NCBI GenBank assembly: GCA_041685565.1
Contig: JAWLFM010000003.1
Location: 1-52,848, forward strand
Direction: 5' to 3'
Source of the DNA: Thioalkalivibrio sp.
Lineage (GTDB): Bacteria > Pseudomonadota > Gammaproteobacteria > Ectothiorhodospirales > Ectothiorhodospiraceae
Length of the DNA stretch: 52,848 bases
A program made the translations under genes and the position numbers. Of this stretch, positions 1 to 9,890 are shown in pieces; the first letter of the stretch is position 1; each line of letters begins with the position of its first letter. A model generated the notes under the pieces. It made no database searches, was not told where the DNA came from, and saw only the letters and a program-made list of their open reading frames with translations.

Positions 1-1266
1 ATCATCGGGAACATCACAGAGTTCTATGCATTGGGGATTGCCCTTGGCCTGGGTCTGCTGATCGGCCTCGAACGGGGCTGGAAGAAGCGGGAACAGGCCG
101 AGGGACAGCGGATCGCCGGCATTCGCACCTTCGCCCTGATCGGGCTGCTGGGTGGTGTGTGGGGGCTGCTTGCCAAGGAAACCGGAACGGCGCTGCTCGC
201 CGTTGCCTTTGCCACCTTGGCAATCGTGCTCATTTCGGCCCATGTCGTGACGCAGTATCAGGAGGAGGATCCCGATGTCGGGATCACCGGCATCATCGCC
301 GGGCTCCTGACCTTTGCCTTCGGTGCCATGGCAACCCTGGGTCACGGTCCGCTGGCGGCCGCCGGTGCGGTCGTGACGACCATCCTGCTCGGCATCAAGC
401 CCATGCTGCATACCTGGGTCAGTCGGTTGCAGGAACGTGAACTCTACGCCGCCCTGAAACTGCTGGTGATCTCCGTGGTGATCCTGCCCTTGCTACCGGA
501 TGCGGGCTACGGCCCCTGGCAGGCCCTCAACCCCTACCGGATCTGGTGGATGGTGGTTCTCATCACCGGGATATCCTTCGTCGGTTATTTCGCAATGAAG
601 ATCGTCGGAAAACGCAGGGGCATCCTGGCTACGGGTCTCTTTGCCGGACTGGCCTCTTCGACCGCTGTCACCGTCAGCTTCTCGCGTATCGCACGCGGAG
701 GCAGCGGCGCCGAAAACGTGCTGGCAGCCGGGATCCTGGTGGCCGGTGCCACCATGTTTCCCCGCGTACTGGTCGTCAGCAGCATCTTCAGCTGGCCCCT
801 GGCCACCGCGCTGCTCTGGCCGCTTCTCGCCATGACCGTGACCAATTACCTCGCGGCCGGGCTGTTCTGGCAGTGGAGCAGAAAGAGTTCGAATGAAGAC
901 GATATCCACCTAACCAATCCCTTTGAACTCGGACCCGCACTCATCTTTGCCGCCTTGCTGGCGGGTCTCATGCTGCTGTCCCGCGCCCTTGCGGAGAACT
1001 ATGGCGATACGGGCATCTATTTGCTGGCGGCTGCCTCCGGTCTTGCGGATGTGGACGCGATCACATTGTCGCTGGCCGACATCGCGGGCAAGGACATCAC
1101 CATCGCCACCGCGGCTCTCGCGGTCCTCATCGCGGCCTTCGTGAACGCCCTGGTGAAGGCAGTGCTGTCGCTGGGAATCGGCGGGCCGCGCCTGGGAGCC
1201 CGCGTCGGCATACCCACCCTGCTGGTGGTCTGCAGCGGGTTTGTCACATGGTGGCTGACCCACTGA
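1..1266 (+). CDS. MgtC/SapB family membrane protein with DUF4010 domain (5'-truncated by window edge)
   Basis: Frame open from base 1; MgtC motifs IGLERGW and AGIRTFALIGLLG; DUF4010-type GLASSTAVT and GLADVDAITLS; many TM helices. Confidence 0.85.
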   Translation: MIGNITEFYALGIALGLGLLIGLERGWKKREQAEGQRIAGIRTFALIGLLGGVWGLLAKETGTALLAVAFATLAIVLISAHVVTQYQEEDPDVGITGIIAGLLTFAFGAMATLGHGPLAAAGAVVTTILLGIKPMLHTWVSRLQERELYAALKLLVISVVILPLLPDAGYGPWQALNPYRIWWMVVLITGISFVGYFAMKIVGKRRGILATGLFAGLASSTAVTVSFSRIARGGSGAENVLAAGILVAGATMFPRVLVVSSIFSWPLATALLWPLLAMTVTNYLAAGLFWQWSRKSSNEDDIHLTNPFELGPALIFAALLAGLMLLSRALAENYGDTGIYLLAAASGLADVDAITLSLADIAGKDITIATAALAVLIAAFVNALVKAVLSLGIGGPRLGARVGIPTLLVVCSGFVTWWLTH

Positions 1267-1369
1267 TCCACTCCGGTGGCCTGCGGGCCGGAGGATTCCC
1301 CCGTCACAGGCCTGATGGATGCCCCTGAGGGCCAACGGGCGGGGAATGCCGCCGTTCGGGTTCCTGCGC

Positions 1370-1400
1370 GCCACCTGCCTCCCGGAGACCGGCAGGTGGC
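1370..1400. terminator. GC-rich hairpin between convergent MgtC gene and tRNA-Lys
   Basis: GCCACCTGCC (1370-1379) / GGCAGGTGGC (1391-1400) perfect 10-bp stem followed by TGTCTTT on + strand. Confidence 0.6.
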
Positions 1401-1409
1401 TGTCTTTAT

Positions 1410-1485
1410 TGGTGGGTCGTGTTGGGCTCGAACCAACGACCAATGGATTAAAAGTCCAGTGCTCTACCAACTGAGCTAACGACCC
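1410..1485 (-). tRNA. tRNA-Lys (anticodon UUU)
   Basis: Reverse complement GGGTCGTTAGCTCAGTTGGTAGAGCACTGGACTTTTAATCCATTGGTCGTTGGTTCGAGCCCAACACGACCCACCA: 76 nt, D-loop, TTT anticodon, GTTCGA T-loop, encoded CCA. Confidence 0.97.
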
Positions 1486-1501
1486 GCTTGGAAGGCTGCA
1501 T

Positions 1502-1529
1502 AGTCTACGGCCTGAACCGCAAAACGCAA
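1502..1529 (-). promoter_or_regulatory. Putative sigma70 promoter for tRNA-Lys
   Basis: TTGCGT-16 nt-TAGACT on minus strand, 16 nt upstream of the tRNA; 16-bp spacer is typical of stable-RNA promoters. Confidence 0.5.
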
Positions 1530-1537
1530 GCACAGGC

Positions 1538-2275
1538 TCAAGCTGCCGGGTGCCGGCCAGGCTGGTAACGGGTCGGGTCGGCGACACCCGCGGCCCGGAA
1601 TCCGGCCTCGCGGATGCGGCAGCTGTCGCAGACGCCACAGGCGCGCCCCTCGGTATCGGCCTGGTAGCAGCTGATCGTCAGGGAGTAATCCAGCCCGTGC
1701 GCGCGGCCCAGGTGGATGATCTCGGCCTTGGTGAGCGCGATCAGCGGCGCGTGGATGCGAAAACGGCGACCTTCGACCCCTGCGCGGGTCGCCAGGTTGG
1801 CCAGCGCCTCGAACGCCTCGATGAAGGCCGGACGACAGTCGGGATAGCCGGAGTAGTCCACGGCGTTTGCACCGATGAAGATTGCATTGATATCCAGGGA
1901 TTCCGCCAGTCCCAGGGCCAGCGAGAGCAGGGTGGTGTTTCGCGCCGGTACGTAGGTCACCGGAATTCCCTCCCCGGGACGCTCGGGGACGGGCAGCGCG
2001 GCATCGGTGAGCGCCGAGCCCCCGATGGCACCCAGATCGACACGGACCACGCGGTGACTGGTGGCGCCCAGGGCCGCTGCGATCGCCCGCGCCGCGTCCA
2101 GTTCCGCCCGATGGCGCTGTCCGTAGTCCACGCTCAGGGCATGGCAGGCATAGCCTTGGGCACGAGCCAGCGCCAGGCAGGTCGCGGAGTCCAGGCCGCC
2201 GGAGAGCAGGACCACCGCGGCCCGCAAGCGATCCTGCGGCGCGTCTGCTCCCGGTGGTTCAGCGGCCGGGGACAT
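1538..2275 (-). CDS. queC: 7-cyano-7-deazaguanine synthase
   Basis: [23 protein letters not shown], and Zn-binding SCY...CGVCDSC motifs; start set at ATG 2275. Confidence 0.95.
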   Translation of the reverse strand: MSPAAEPPGADAPQDRLRAAVVLLSGGLDSATCLALARAQGYACHALSVDYGQRHRAELDAARAIAAALGATSHRVVRVDLGAIGGSALTDAALPVPERPGEGIPVTYVPARNTTLLSLALGLAESLDINAIFIGANAVDYSGYPDCRPAFIEAFEALANLATRAGVEGRRFRIHAPLIALTKAEIIHLGRAHGLDYSLTISCYQADTEGRACGVCDSCRIREAGFRAAGVADPTRYQPGRHPAA

Positions 2276-2951
2276 CGCCCCACAGCAGCTTGTGCAGCTG
2301 CAACTGGAACCGTACCGGAGCACGGGCCTGGACGATCCAGTCGGCCAGTTGTCGCGGCGCCAGCTCACCATGGACCGGCGAGAACAGCACATCGACTCCT
2401 GTTGGCAAGGGATGCGCCTCCAGCAGCGCCAGGGCCCAGTCGAAGTCGGCACGATCCGCCAGAACGAACTTGATCTGATCGTTCGGTTTCAGTCTGCCGA
2501 GGTTTTCCATGCGATTGCGCGCGGCCTCCCCGGAACCCGGAGCCTTCAGGTCCATCACGATGTTGACGCGTGGGTCCACCGATCCCAGGGCGAGCGCCCC
2601 GCTGGTCTCGAGCGAGACGATCAGACCGCGATCACAGAGTTCGCGCAGCAGCGGCAGGCAGGCCGGCTGCGCGAGGGGCTCACCGCCGGTGACGCAGACA
2701 TGGCGTACGCCAAAGCCCTCCACCGTCTCCAGCACCTGTTGCAGGCCCATCGCCTCCCCACCGCTGAAGCTGTACTCGGTATCACACCACCGGCAGCGCA
2801 GCGGGCAGCCGGTCAGGCGCACGAAGACGGTGGGCCAGCCCATCTGCGCGGCCTCTCCCTGCAGGGAAAGGAAGATCTCCGTGATCCGCACCCGTGCCAT
2901 GGCCGCCGATGGGCGCGCCGTGCCCGCGACGGACACCGCGGCAGTCGTCAC
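2259..2951 (-). CDS. queE: 7-carboxy-7-deazaguanine synthase (radical SAM)
   Basis: [19 protein letters not shown] (CxxxCxxC), VTGGEP, QLQLHK; alternative start at 2900. Confidence 0.95.
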   Translation of the reverse strand: MTTAAVSVAGTARPSAAMARVRITEIFLSLQGEAAQMGWPTVFVRLTGCPLRCRWCDTEYSFSGGEAMGLQQVLETVEGFGVRHVCVTGGEPLAQPACLPLLRELCDRGLIVSLETSGALALGSVDPRVNIVMDLKAPGSGEAARNRMENLGRLKPNDQIKFVLADRADFDWALALLEAHPLPTGVDVLFSPVHGELAPRQLADWIVQARAPVRFQLQLHKLLWGDVPGR

Positions 2952-3748
2952 TGGCCGTCCAGACGGCGCAGTCGCTCCTGCGCCAACCGCGAGAGGGTGG
3001 TGCCAGGATAGCCGGCGACGACCGCTTCCAGGGCCTCGCGCGCCGCTTCGGCATTGCCCAGCTCGAACTGCGAGTAACCCACCTTGAGCAGGGAATCGGC
3101 CGCCTTGTCGCTGTCGGGGAAGCGCGAACGCACGGCCTCGAAATCGACCAGCGCGCCTTCGTAGTCGCCGCTGGCGTACTTGGCCTCGGCCAGCCAGTAC
3201 AGTGCGTTGGCCGCATACACGCCATCCGGATATCGCTCCATGAACCGCTCGAGCCGCGATATGGCCTGGCCATAATCGCCTCCCATCAGGACATCGAAGG
3301 CGGCCTCGTACGCACCCTGCTCGTCCGCATCGGGCAAGGGTTCGCCAGGATCGGGCGGCGGATCCGGCTCGGGCGCTTGGCGTGTCGCCGCCCCACCCTC
3401 CACCAGCGAAAGCCGTTCGTCCAGGTTGCGGAACTGATCACGCTGGCGGGCCTGCAGATTCCGCAGGTCGTTCTCCATCTGTTCCACCTGCCCGCGCAGT
3501 CGCCGCACTTCCCCCTGCAGGGTCTCCACCCCTTGCAGCATTTCGGTCAGCGCACCGGAATCGAGCAGCCGCTCAACCCGATCGAGACGCATCTCAACCA
3601 CCTGCAACTGATGCTGGGTGACCACGGTCGGGGAACCCGACTGCGCCCATGAGCCGGGCGTGGCGAGAACGATCCCGAGGCCAAGCAGCATGACACCCGC
3701 CGCACGGATTCGCTCGATCCCCGGGGATGATGGAAGCGCAATTTTCAT
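2948..3748 (-). CDS. cpoB: Tol-Pal system protein YbgF/CpoB
   Basis: Signal peptide, coiled coil (LRGQVE), TPR motifs ANALYWLAE and AADSLLKVG; GAGGA RBS before ATG 3748; follows pal. Confidence 0.92.
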   Translation of the reverse strand: MKIALPSSPGIERIRAAGVMLLGLGIVLATPGSWAQSGSPTVVTQHQLQVVEMRLDRVERLLDSGALTEMLQGVETLQGEVRRLRGQVEQMENDLRNLQARQRDQFRNLDERLSLVEGGAATRQAPEPDPPPDPGEPLPDADEQGAYEAAFDVLMGGDYGQAISRLERFMERYPDGVYAANALYWLAEAKYASGDYEGALVDFEAVRSRFPDSDKAADSLLKVGYSQFELGNAEAAREALEAVVAGYPGTTLSRLAQERLRRLDGQ

Positions 3749-3813
3749 GGTGACATCCTCATACGCGGGTTGCGCAGGTGGAACATCGGTCATTCCGCCC
3801 CGAAGCCTTGCCT

Positions 3814-4374
3814 TCAGCGCCGTACGTCATATACCAGCTCGACCCGCCGATTGCGTGCCCAGGATTCCTCGGTCTGGGTGAAGGCCACCGGCATCTCCTC
3901 CCCATAGCTGACGACGTCCAGCTGGGAGTCACGGGCGCCGTTGAGGGTCATGATGCGGCGCACCGCCTGGGCGCGGCGTTCCCCGAGGGCCAGGTTGTAC
4001 TCGCGGGTGCCACGCTCGTCGGTGTGACCCTCGAGACGCAACTGCGCACCGGGGTTCTGGGACAGGTAGCGGGAATGCGCCTCCAGCATGGGGATGAACT
4101 CCGAGCGCACCGTGTCGCGGTCGAAGTCGAAATACACCAGGCGCTCTGCCAGCGGACTCTGCGGATCATCCAAGGGATCGGCCTGCAGATCGCGGTCGAT
4201 ACCCAGCCCGCGGGCATCGGCCTCGCGGCGGGCACGCTCTGCTGCATCTGCCTCGGCCGCCGCTGCCTCCATGGCCTGGCGCTCATCCTCGGTGAGATCG
4301 CGCTTGGGCTGGGCGCAGGCCGCCAGCAAACCGGCCATCAGGAGAACCAAGGCCCAACGGGTCGTTGCATTCAT
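3814..4374 (-). CDS. pal: Peptidoglycan-associated lipoprotein
   Basis: Lipobox LLAAC; VYFDFD, EGHTDERGTREYNLALGERRA, NRRVE OmpA-like motifs; GAGGA RBS. Confidence 0.96.
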   Translation of the reverse strand: MNATTRWALVLLMAGLLAACAQPKRDLTEDERQAMEAAAAEADAAERARREADARGLGIDRDLQADPLDDPQSPLAERLVYFDFDRDTVRSEFIPMLEAHSRYLSQNPGAQLRLEGHTDERGTREYNLALGERRAQAVRRIMTLNGARDSQLDVVSYGEEMPVAFTQTEESWARNRRVELVYDVRR

Positions 4375-4415
4375 CGATATATCCTCAGAGGCGTTCAAGG
4401 TGGATAAAAGGGGAA

Positions 4416-5714
4416 TCAAAGAGGCGACCAGGCAGGCTCTCGAACGTCGCCCGATCGCGCCGCCAAACGCTGGTGCACCCGTCCGTCGCGGCTTACGGAG
4501 CCCAGGATACCTCGGCCACGGTCCGTGGCCGAATAGATGATCATGCTGCCATTGGGCGCAAAGCTTGGCGACTTGTCGTAGCGGCCCTTGGTGAGCAGGG
4601 TCACCCGACGCGTCTCGAGATCCAGCCGCGCGAGGCGCAAGCCGCCCTCACCACCCTGCACATAGACCAGGGACTTCCCGTCCGGCGAAACCGTCGCCGC
4701 ACCCGCCGAGGAACCCTCGAAGGTCAGGCGCTGCGCCGCTCCGCCGGGTAGGCGCATCTGATAGATCTGGGGCGAACCCGCTCGATCGGACGTGAAGAAC
4801 AGAGAATCCCCATCCGGGGACCAGGCCGGCTCGGTATCGATCGAATTGGAGCGCGTGACCTGGGTCAAGCCGCCGGTCTCCAGGTCCATCACGTAGAGAT
4901 TGGGGGTGCCGTCGCGCGAAAGACTGAGGGCCAGGCGCCGGCCATCCGGTGACCAGGTCGGGGCGCTGTTGATGCCCGGGAAGCCGGCTAGCTTGGCCCT
5001 TACCCCCGTCTCGACATTGTGCCGGAAGACCTCGGACCGCCGGTTTTCAAAGGAGACGTACACGAGATCGCGCCCGTCCGGGGCCCACTCGGGTGACATG
5101 ATGGGCTGATTCGATCGGAACAGCGTGCGCGGATTGGCGCCGTCGGAGTCGGCGACCTCCAGGGTGAACTGCCGGTCGTCGCCCTGACCGGTGACCCCGA
5201 CATAGGCGATACGGGCACTGAAGGCGCCCTTGTCGCCCGTAATCTGCTCATAGACGATGTCCGAAACCCGGTGCGCACCGCGCCGGAGCATCTCCACGGG
5301 CACGGGGATCCGAAAGCCGCCCAGGCGCTGATTCGCGAGCACGTCGAAGACGTGAAACTCGATCAACACTCGCTCCTCCTCGGGGAGCATCCGGCCGATC
5401 ACCAGGTATTCCGCCCCGGCCGCCGCCCAGGGTTCGGCAAGAAAGTCCGCGGGCCCGTCCGGTGCGCGCGGCAGGCGCTCGCGCGAGATCACGTCGAACA
5501 GGCCACTACGCGCAAGGTTGGCGCCGACGATCTGGCCCACATCCTCGGGCGTGCTGCCTGGGCCTTCCCATGCGAAGGGCGCCACGGCCACCGGGATCGC
5601 GCCGGTCACCCCTTCGGTCACCGTGACCTCCAGCACCGCTGCGGCGGGACCGACGGCAAGCAGCAGGAATCCCAACAACCAGACCTGCAGAATTCTGTTC
5701 TTCATGATCATCAC
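4416..5714 (-). CDS. tolB: Tol-Pal beta-propeller protein TolB
   Basis: Signal peptide; repeated P.WSPDG (PD40) motifs; C-terminal VREPAWSP; start may be GTG 5714, ATG 5711 or ATG 5705. Confidence 0.96.
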   Translation of the reverse strand: MMIMKNRILQVWLLGFLLLAVGPAAAVLEVTVTEGVTGAIPVAVAPFAWEGPGSTPEDVGQIVGANLARSGLFDVISRERLPRAPDGPADFLAEPWAAAGAEYLVIGRMLPEEERVLIEFHVFDVLANQRLGGFRIPVPVEMLRRGAHRVSDIVYEQITGDKGAFSARIAYVGVTGQGDDRQFTLEVADSDGANPRTLFRSNQPIMSPEWAPDGRDLVYVSFENRRSEVFRHNVETGVRAKLAGFPGINSAPTWSPDGRRLALSLSRDGTPNLYVMDLETGGLTQVTRSNSIDTEPAWSPDGDSLFFTSDRAGSPQIYQMRLPGGAAQRLTFEGSSAGAATVSPDGKSLVYVQGGEGGLRLARLDLETRRVTLLTKGRYDKSPSFAPNGSMIIYSATDRGRGILGSVSRDGRVHQRLAARSGDVREPAWSPL

Positions 5715-5986
5715 CTAGTGTCCTGTCACACGCCTAATGACGCCATCAGCGAGGCGAGAAGCGGCCAGATGCAAGGCACTTGCCCACTGGGGTCGCCATT
5801 CTACCCCGAGGGCAAGTAACGCCGCAGATGGCTGCTTCTCGCCGCGCCCGGAGGGAGCCCCCGAGCGACGCCAGTGCGGCGTTGCAGCGCTTGGCAAGGA
5901 AATCGGCCATTGCCTGCCCGCTGCGCCTGGCCCTGACGCCGCTCGGGGGCTCTGATGGCGCCATTGGGCGTGTGACAGGACACTAG
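5715..5986. mobile_element. 272-bp non-autonomous MITE-like palindromic element bounded by CTAG
   Basis: 35-bp terminal inverted repeats with 33/35 identity (CTAGTGTCCTGTCACACGCC(T/C)AATG(A/G)CGCCATCAG), two long internal hairpins, no credible ORF; fills the whole tolA-tolB gap. Confidence 0.8.
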
Positions 5987-7023
5987 CCCGATTGGGGCGA
6001 AAAACGTATGCGGATACCGCCGCGGACGGCGTCGGCATCCGGCGGCCGGGGTAGAGACTGCAAGCGCTCCATGGTCTGGCGCACGGAGTCACAAAAGGCT
6101 GCGCTGCCAGAACAGCTGTCCACGTTGAAACCGAGAATCCGCCCCGTGTCCGGGTTGATGCGGACCAGCACGACGGCCAGATCGGCATCACGCGAACCCT
6201 CCGGCTTGCGCCAGCGCCGCTCCACCGTTGCCTGCACCTCCGCGACGTAGGCCTCGCGCAGCGCATTCTCCCGGGCCCGTCGCTCCGAGGCCTCCCGATC
6301 GGCCCGGGCCGCCGCCAGCCGCCGCTGTTCCTGTTCCATCTGCTCGCGGCGACGCTGTTCCTCCAGCTCCCGCGCCTGCGCCTCCCGTCGGCGCGCCTCC
6401 TCTTCGGCCCGGCGCCGTTCGGCCGCTTCGCGCTCTCGGCGCTCGGCGGCCTCGCGCTCTCTGCGTTGGGCCTCTTCCGCCTGGCGCGCCTCCTCCGCGG
6501 CCTGTCGAGCCGCCTCTGCCGCCCTTCGCTCCGCCTCCGCACGGGCGCGCTCGGCCTCGATCTCGCGCCGTTCCTGCTCGATCCGTGCCCGTTCCGCCTC
6601 GGCCATACGCCGCGCCTCCTCGGCCACGCGCTGGGCCTCCTGCCGCGCCTGCTCGGCGGCACGGATCGCCTCCTGCCGCGCCCTCTCCTCCGCCTCGCGC
6701 TGGCGCTGCTCCTCCTGCTGGCGGCGCAATGCCTCCTCGCGCTGGCGTTCCGCCTCGCGCCGGCGCGCCTCTTCCTCCTGCAGGGCCTCCGCGATGCGCT
6801 CCTGTTCGGCCGTCTGGATCTCACGCTCGATCCGTTCGAAGGTCTCGATTTCCATCGCGACCGCCTCGATGACCTCCACGGGTTCGGGCTGAAACCGCGC
6901 CGCGGAGGAGGCCAGGTAGGGCGACAGGAACGACACGTTCAGCAACAGGGCGGCGAACAGCGCCACATGCAGCAGCGTTACCAGCAGCAGTCGGCCGATG
7001 TGCTGTCGAATCAGGCTGAACAC
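5983..7023 (-). CDS. tolA: Cell envelope integrity protein TolA
   Basis: N-terminal TM helix with His (TLLHVAL), long E/A/R/Q-rich helical stalk, TonB-C-like domain with CSGSAAFCDSV; between tolR and tolB. Confidence 0.92.
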   Translation of the reverse strand: MFSLIRQHIGRLLLVTLLHVALFAALLLNVSFLSPYLASSAARFQPEPVEVIEAVAMEIETFERIEREIQTAEQERIAEALQEEEARRREAERQREEALRRQQEEQRQREAEERARQEAIRAAEQARQEAQRVAEEARRMAEAERARIEQERREIEAERARAEAERRAAEAARQAAEEARQAEEAQRREREAAERREREAAERRRAEEEARRREAQARELEEQRRREQMEQEQRRLAAARADREASERRARENALREAYVAEVQATVERRWRKPEGSRDADLAVVLVRINPDTGRILGFNVDSCSGSAAFCDSVRQTMERLQSLPRPPDADAVRGGIRIRFSPQSG

Positions 7024-7042
7024 GGCATACTCCCGGATCGCG

Positions 7043-7498
7043 TCAATTCGCGTCCCTGGCCGGTGGCTCGGTCAACAGCCCGACGCGCCCGGCTCCCGCG
7101 CGCTGCAACGCCACCATGGCGTCCATCACCCGCCCGTAATCCACCTGCCGGTCGCCCCTCACGAAGGTCTGCGTACCGGGTTTTTCCGCCAGCAGATCCT
7201 GCACGATTCCGATCAACTGCGGCCCAGCCAGCGGCTCGTTGACCAGCGGCCCCTGGTTCAGGCTCATCGCGCCCGCCGCGGTCACGGTGAGCACGATCGG
7301 CTCACCGGCCCGCTGCTCCGTCTCCAGGGCCTCGGCCTCCGCCTCGGGCAGGTCCACCTCGACGCCCTGCTGCAGCATCGGGGCCGTGATCATGAAGATG
7401 ATCAGCAGCACCAGCATCACGTCGATGAACGGGACAACATTGATCTGCGACATCGGCCGGCGCTGGCGACGGCTGTTGCGGCGTGAAGATGCAGCCAT
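7043..7498 (-). CDS. tolR: TolR
   Basis: SQINVVPFIDVMLVLLIIFMITAP signature; RGDRQVDYG. Confidence 0.96.
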   Translation of the reverse strand: MAASSRRNSRRQRRPMSQINVVPFIDVMLVLLIIFMITAPMLQQGVEVDLPEAEAEALETEQRAGEPIVLTVTAAGAMSLNQGPLVNEPLAGPQLIGIVQDLLAEKPGTQTFVRGDRQVDYGRVMDAMVALQRAGAGRVGLLTEPPARDAN

Positions 7499-7507
7499 GG
7501 GGCGACC

Positions 7508-8191
7508 TTATTCCCGCGCCTCTGCAGCGCCACGCCCGGCAGTCTGGCGCGCAAGCAGAGACACGAATTCGTCGCTGAAGTTCTCCAGGCGCACCAGCAC
7601 GCGGTCCACGTCGGTGGCGAACCGGTTGTAGGCAATCACCGCGGGAATCGCCGCGAACAGACCCAGGGCCGTCGCGATCAGTGCCTCCGCAATGCCCGGC
7701 GCCACCATCTGCAGGGTCGCCTGCTGGGCACCGGCAAGCCCGAGAAAGGCATGCATGATGCCCCAAACGGTGCCGAACAATCCGATGTAGGGGCTGGTGG
7801 AACCCACCGTGGCCAGGAATTGCAGATAGCGTTCCAGTTCGTCGCCTTCGCGCGCGATCGCGACACGCATCGACCGGTGGGTGCCATCCGCAACCTGTCC
7901 CGGATGCTGACGCACCCGAAGGAATTCCTTGAAGCCCGAAGAGAAGACATGTTCCATGCCGGACATGTCGGTCTTGCGCCGGATGCCGTCATAGAGGTGC
8001 GCGAGATCCACCCCTGACCAGAAGCGTTCCTCGAAGTCGTCGGCAGCCCGGTGAGCGGCCTTGATGGCCCGGGCCTTGACCAGGATCACCAGCCATGACA
8101 GCACCGAGGCGATGACCAGGATCACCATGACCAGTTGCACGATCAAACTGGCTTCCATGATCAGCCGATACAGGGAAAGGTCAACGCTCAC
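7508..8191 (-). CDS. tolQ: TolQ
   Basis: LATVGSTSPYIGLFGTVWGIM and APGIAEALIATALGLFAAIPAV signatures. Confidence 0.97.
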   Translation of the reverse strand: MSVDLSLYRLIMEASLIVQLVMVILVIASVLSWLVILVKARAIKAAHRAADDFEERFWSGVDLAHLYDGIRRKTDMSGMEHVFSSGFKEFLRVRQHPGQVADGTHRSMRVAIAREGDELERYLQFLATVGSTSPYIGLFGTVWGIMHAFLGLAGAQQATLQMVAPGIAEALIATALGLFAAIPAVIAYNRFATDVDRVLVRLENFSDEFVSLLARQTAGRGAAEARE

Positions 8192-8640
8192 TGTTCATCT
8201 CCTAGATCCGATTCGATCACTGCCCGCACGGGCGCCGGAATGGCTACCGGCACAAAACGTTCGGCATCCACGCAGGCCAGGCGGACCTGCGCCGTAGCCA
8301 GTTCCGCCGCATCGCGCGAGACCGCCTGCACCACGTCCAGACGGGCCCGGCCGACGGCGGTCGGCCGGCAACTCACCGCCAGGGTGTCGTTGAAGCGGGC
8401 CGGACGCCGGAGATCGAGGCTCACCGAACGCACCACGAACAACACCCCGGCCTCGGCCCGCAATCGATCCTGCTCGAAACCACGCTCGCGCAGCCACTCC
8501 GTGCGCGCCCGCTCCATGAACTTCAGATAGTTGGCGTAGTACACCACGCCACCGGCATCGGTGTCCTCGAAATACACCCGCACCGGCCAGGCAAATTCCC
8601 CGCCGCGGCTCACCGCGACCGGCACCGAACCCATGGGCAT
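8188..8640 (-). CDS. ybgC: Tol-Pal-associated acyl-CoA thioesterase
   Basis: VYFEDTDAGGVVYYANYL hot-dog motif; directly upstream of tolQ. Confidence 0.93.
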   Translation of the reverse strand: MPMGSVPVAVSRGGEFAWPVRVYFEDTDAGGVVYYANYLKFMERARTEWLRERGFEQDRLRAEAGVLFVVRSVSLDLRRPARFNDTLAVSCRPTAVGRARLDVVQAVSRDAAELATAQVRLACVDAERFVPVAIPAPVRAVIESDLGDEQ

Positions 8641-9689
8641 CAGCCCTGAACCCCTGCCCCGGCAGGCGGGGTGAAGAGATCCGCTCGCGCCACCACCCGC
8701 TCCGGCAGCCCCAGCAACAGGAAGGTCTGCCGCGTGGCCTGACGTCCGCGCGGGGTGCGCATCAAATACCCCTGCTGTATCAGGAACGGCTCCACCACAT
8801 CCTCCAGCGTGCCGCGATCCTCGTTCAGTGCCGTGGCCAGGCTCTCGACCCCGACCGGGCCACCATCGAACTTCTCCACCAGCACCTCCAGCAGGCGCCG
8901 ATCCTGGGCATCCAGGCCCGCCGCGTCGATCGCCAGCAGGTCCAGTGCCTCGCCCGCCACCGGCCCCGAGATGAAGCCGTCGGCACGGACCTGGGCGAAG
9001 TCGCGGACCCGGCGCAGCAGGCGATTGGCCAGCCTCGGGGTTCCGCGCGCGCGACGCGCGATCTCCATCGCCCCTCCGGCCTCGATGCCGACCTTCAGCA
9101 GCGCGGCCGCGCGGCGGACGATGCCGGCCAGATCCTCCACGTTGTAGTGCTCCAGTCGCTGCACGATGCCGAAGCGGTCACGCAGGGGCGCCGTCAGCAG
9201 ACCCGCGCGGGTCGTCGCGCCCACCAGCGTGAACGGCGGCAGATCCAGCTTGATCGACCGCGCCGCCGGACCCTCACCAATCATGATATCGAGTTGAAAG
9301 TCCTCCAGCGCCGGATACAACACCTCTTCCACCACGGTTGGCAGGCGGTGAATCTCATCGACGAACAGGACGTCCCGCGGCTCCAGGGCCGTCAGGATCG
9401 CCGCCAGGTCCCCCGCCCGTTCCAGCACCGGCCCCGAGGTCTGGCGCAGCCCCACCCCCAATTCATGCGCAATGATGTGCGCAAGGGTGGTCTTGCCCAG
9501 TCCCGGCGGTCCGGCCACCAGGGTGTGATCCAGGGCCTCTCCACGTCCACGCGCCGCCCGGATGAACAGGTCCATCTGTTCGACCGCGCGGGGCTGTCCG
9601 GCGAACTCCGCCAGCCGCAGGGGGCGCAGGCTCACCTCGTTGCGCCGCTCTTCGGGGAGAGGATGCATATCAACCAGCCGGGAGTCCAT
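8640..9689 (-). CDS. ruvB: Holliday junction branch migration helicase RuvB
   Basis: [12 protein letters not shown] Walker A, FVDEIHRL Walker B, RDRFG, RTPRGR; start 9689 or 9668. Confidence 0.97.
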   Translation of the reverse strand: MDSRLVDMHPLPEERRNEVSLRPLRLAEFAGQPRAVEQMDLFIRAARGRGEALDHTLVAGPPGLGKTTLAHIIAHELGVGLRQTSGPVLERAGDLAAILTALEPRDVLFVDEIHRLPTVVEEVLYPALEDFQLDIMIGEGPAARSIKLDLPPFTLVGATTRAGLLTAPLRDRFGIVQRLEHYNVEDLAGIVRRAAALLKVGIEAGGAMEIARRARGTPRLANRLLRRVRDFAQVRADGFISGPVAGEALDLLAIDAAGLDAQDRRLLEVLVEKFDGGPVGVESLATALNEDRGTLEDVVEPFLIQQGYLMRTPRGRQATRQTFLLLGLPERVVARADLFTPPAGAGVQG

Positions 9690-9890
9690 TATCACAGTAT
9701 GACTGCAAGGGGTCATGGTTTACACCCCCGAAAACGCCGCAAAAAGATCGAATCGCGGACAGGGCCGAAGGGATCCACGGGGCTTGAGTTCGACCACCCC
9801 AGGGCGATGCCGGGTGCGGCTCCATATCCTCCGGAGGCCGCACCGACTGCGCCGGCTTCGGGGCCAGGGACGCCTCGGCCGGGGCCTTGT

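Noticed and set aside
1538-2951. queC/queE as a 7-deazaguanine DNA-modification (Dpd) defence system
   Set aside because: Standard housekeeping position after pal-cpoB; no dpdA/tgt paralog or other dpd genes.
5737-5986. Short ORFs (60-72 aa) within the tolA-tolB element
   Set aside because: By-products of the palindromic sequence; no transposase or other motifs.
6280-6830. Repetitive sequence within tolA as a tandem repeat or CRISPR array
   Set aside because: Imperfect E/A/R-rich coding repeats normal for the TolA stalk; no repeat-spacer periodicity.
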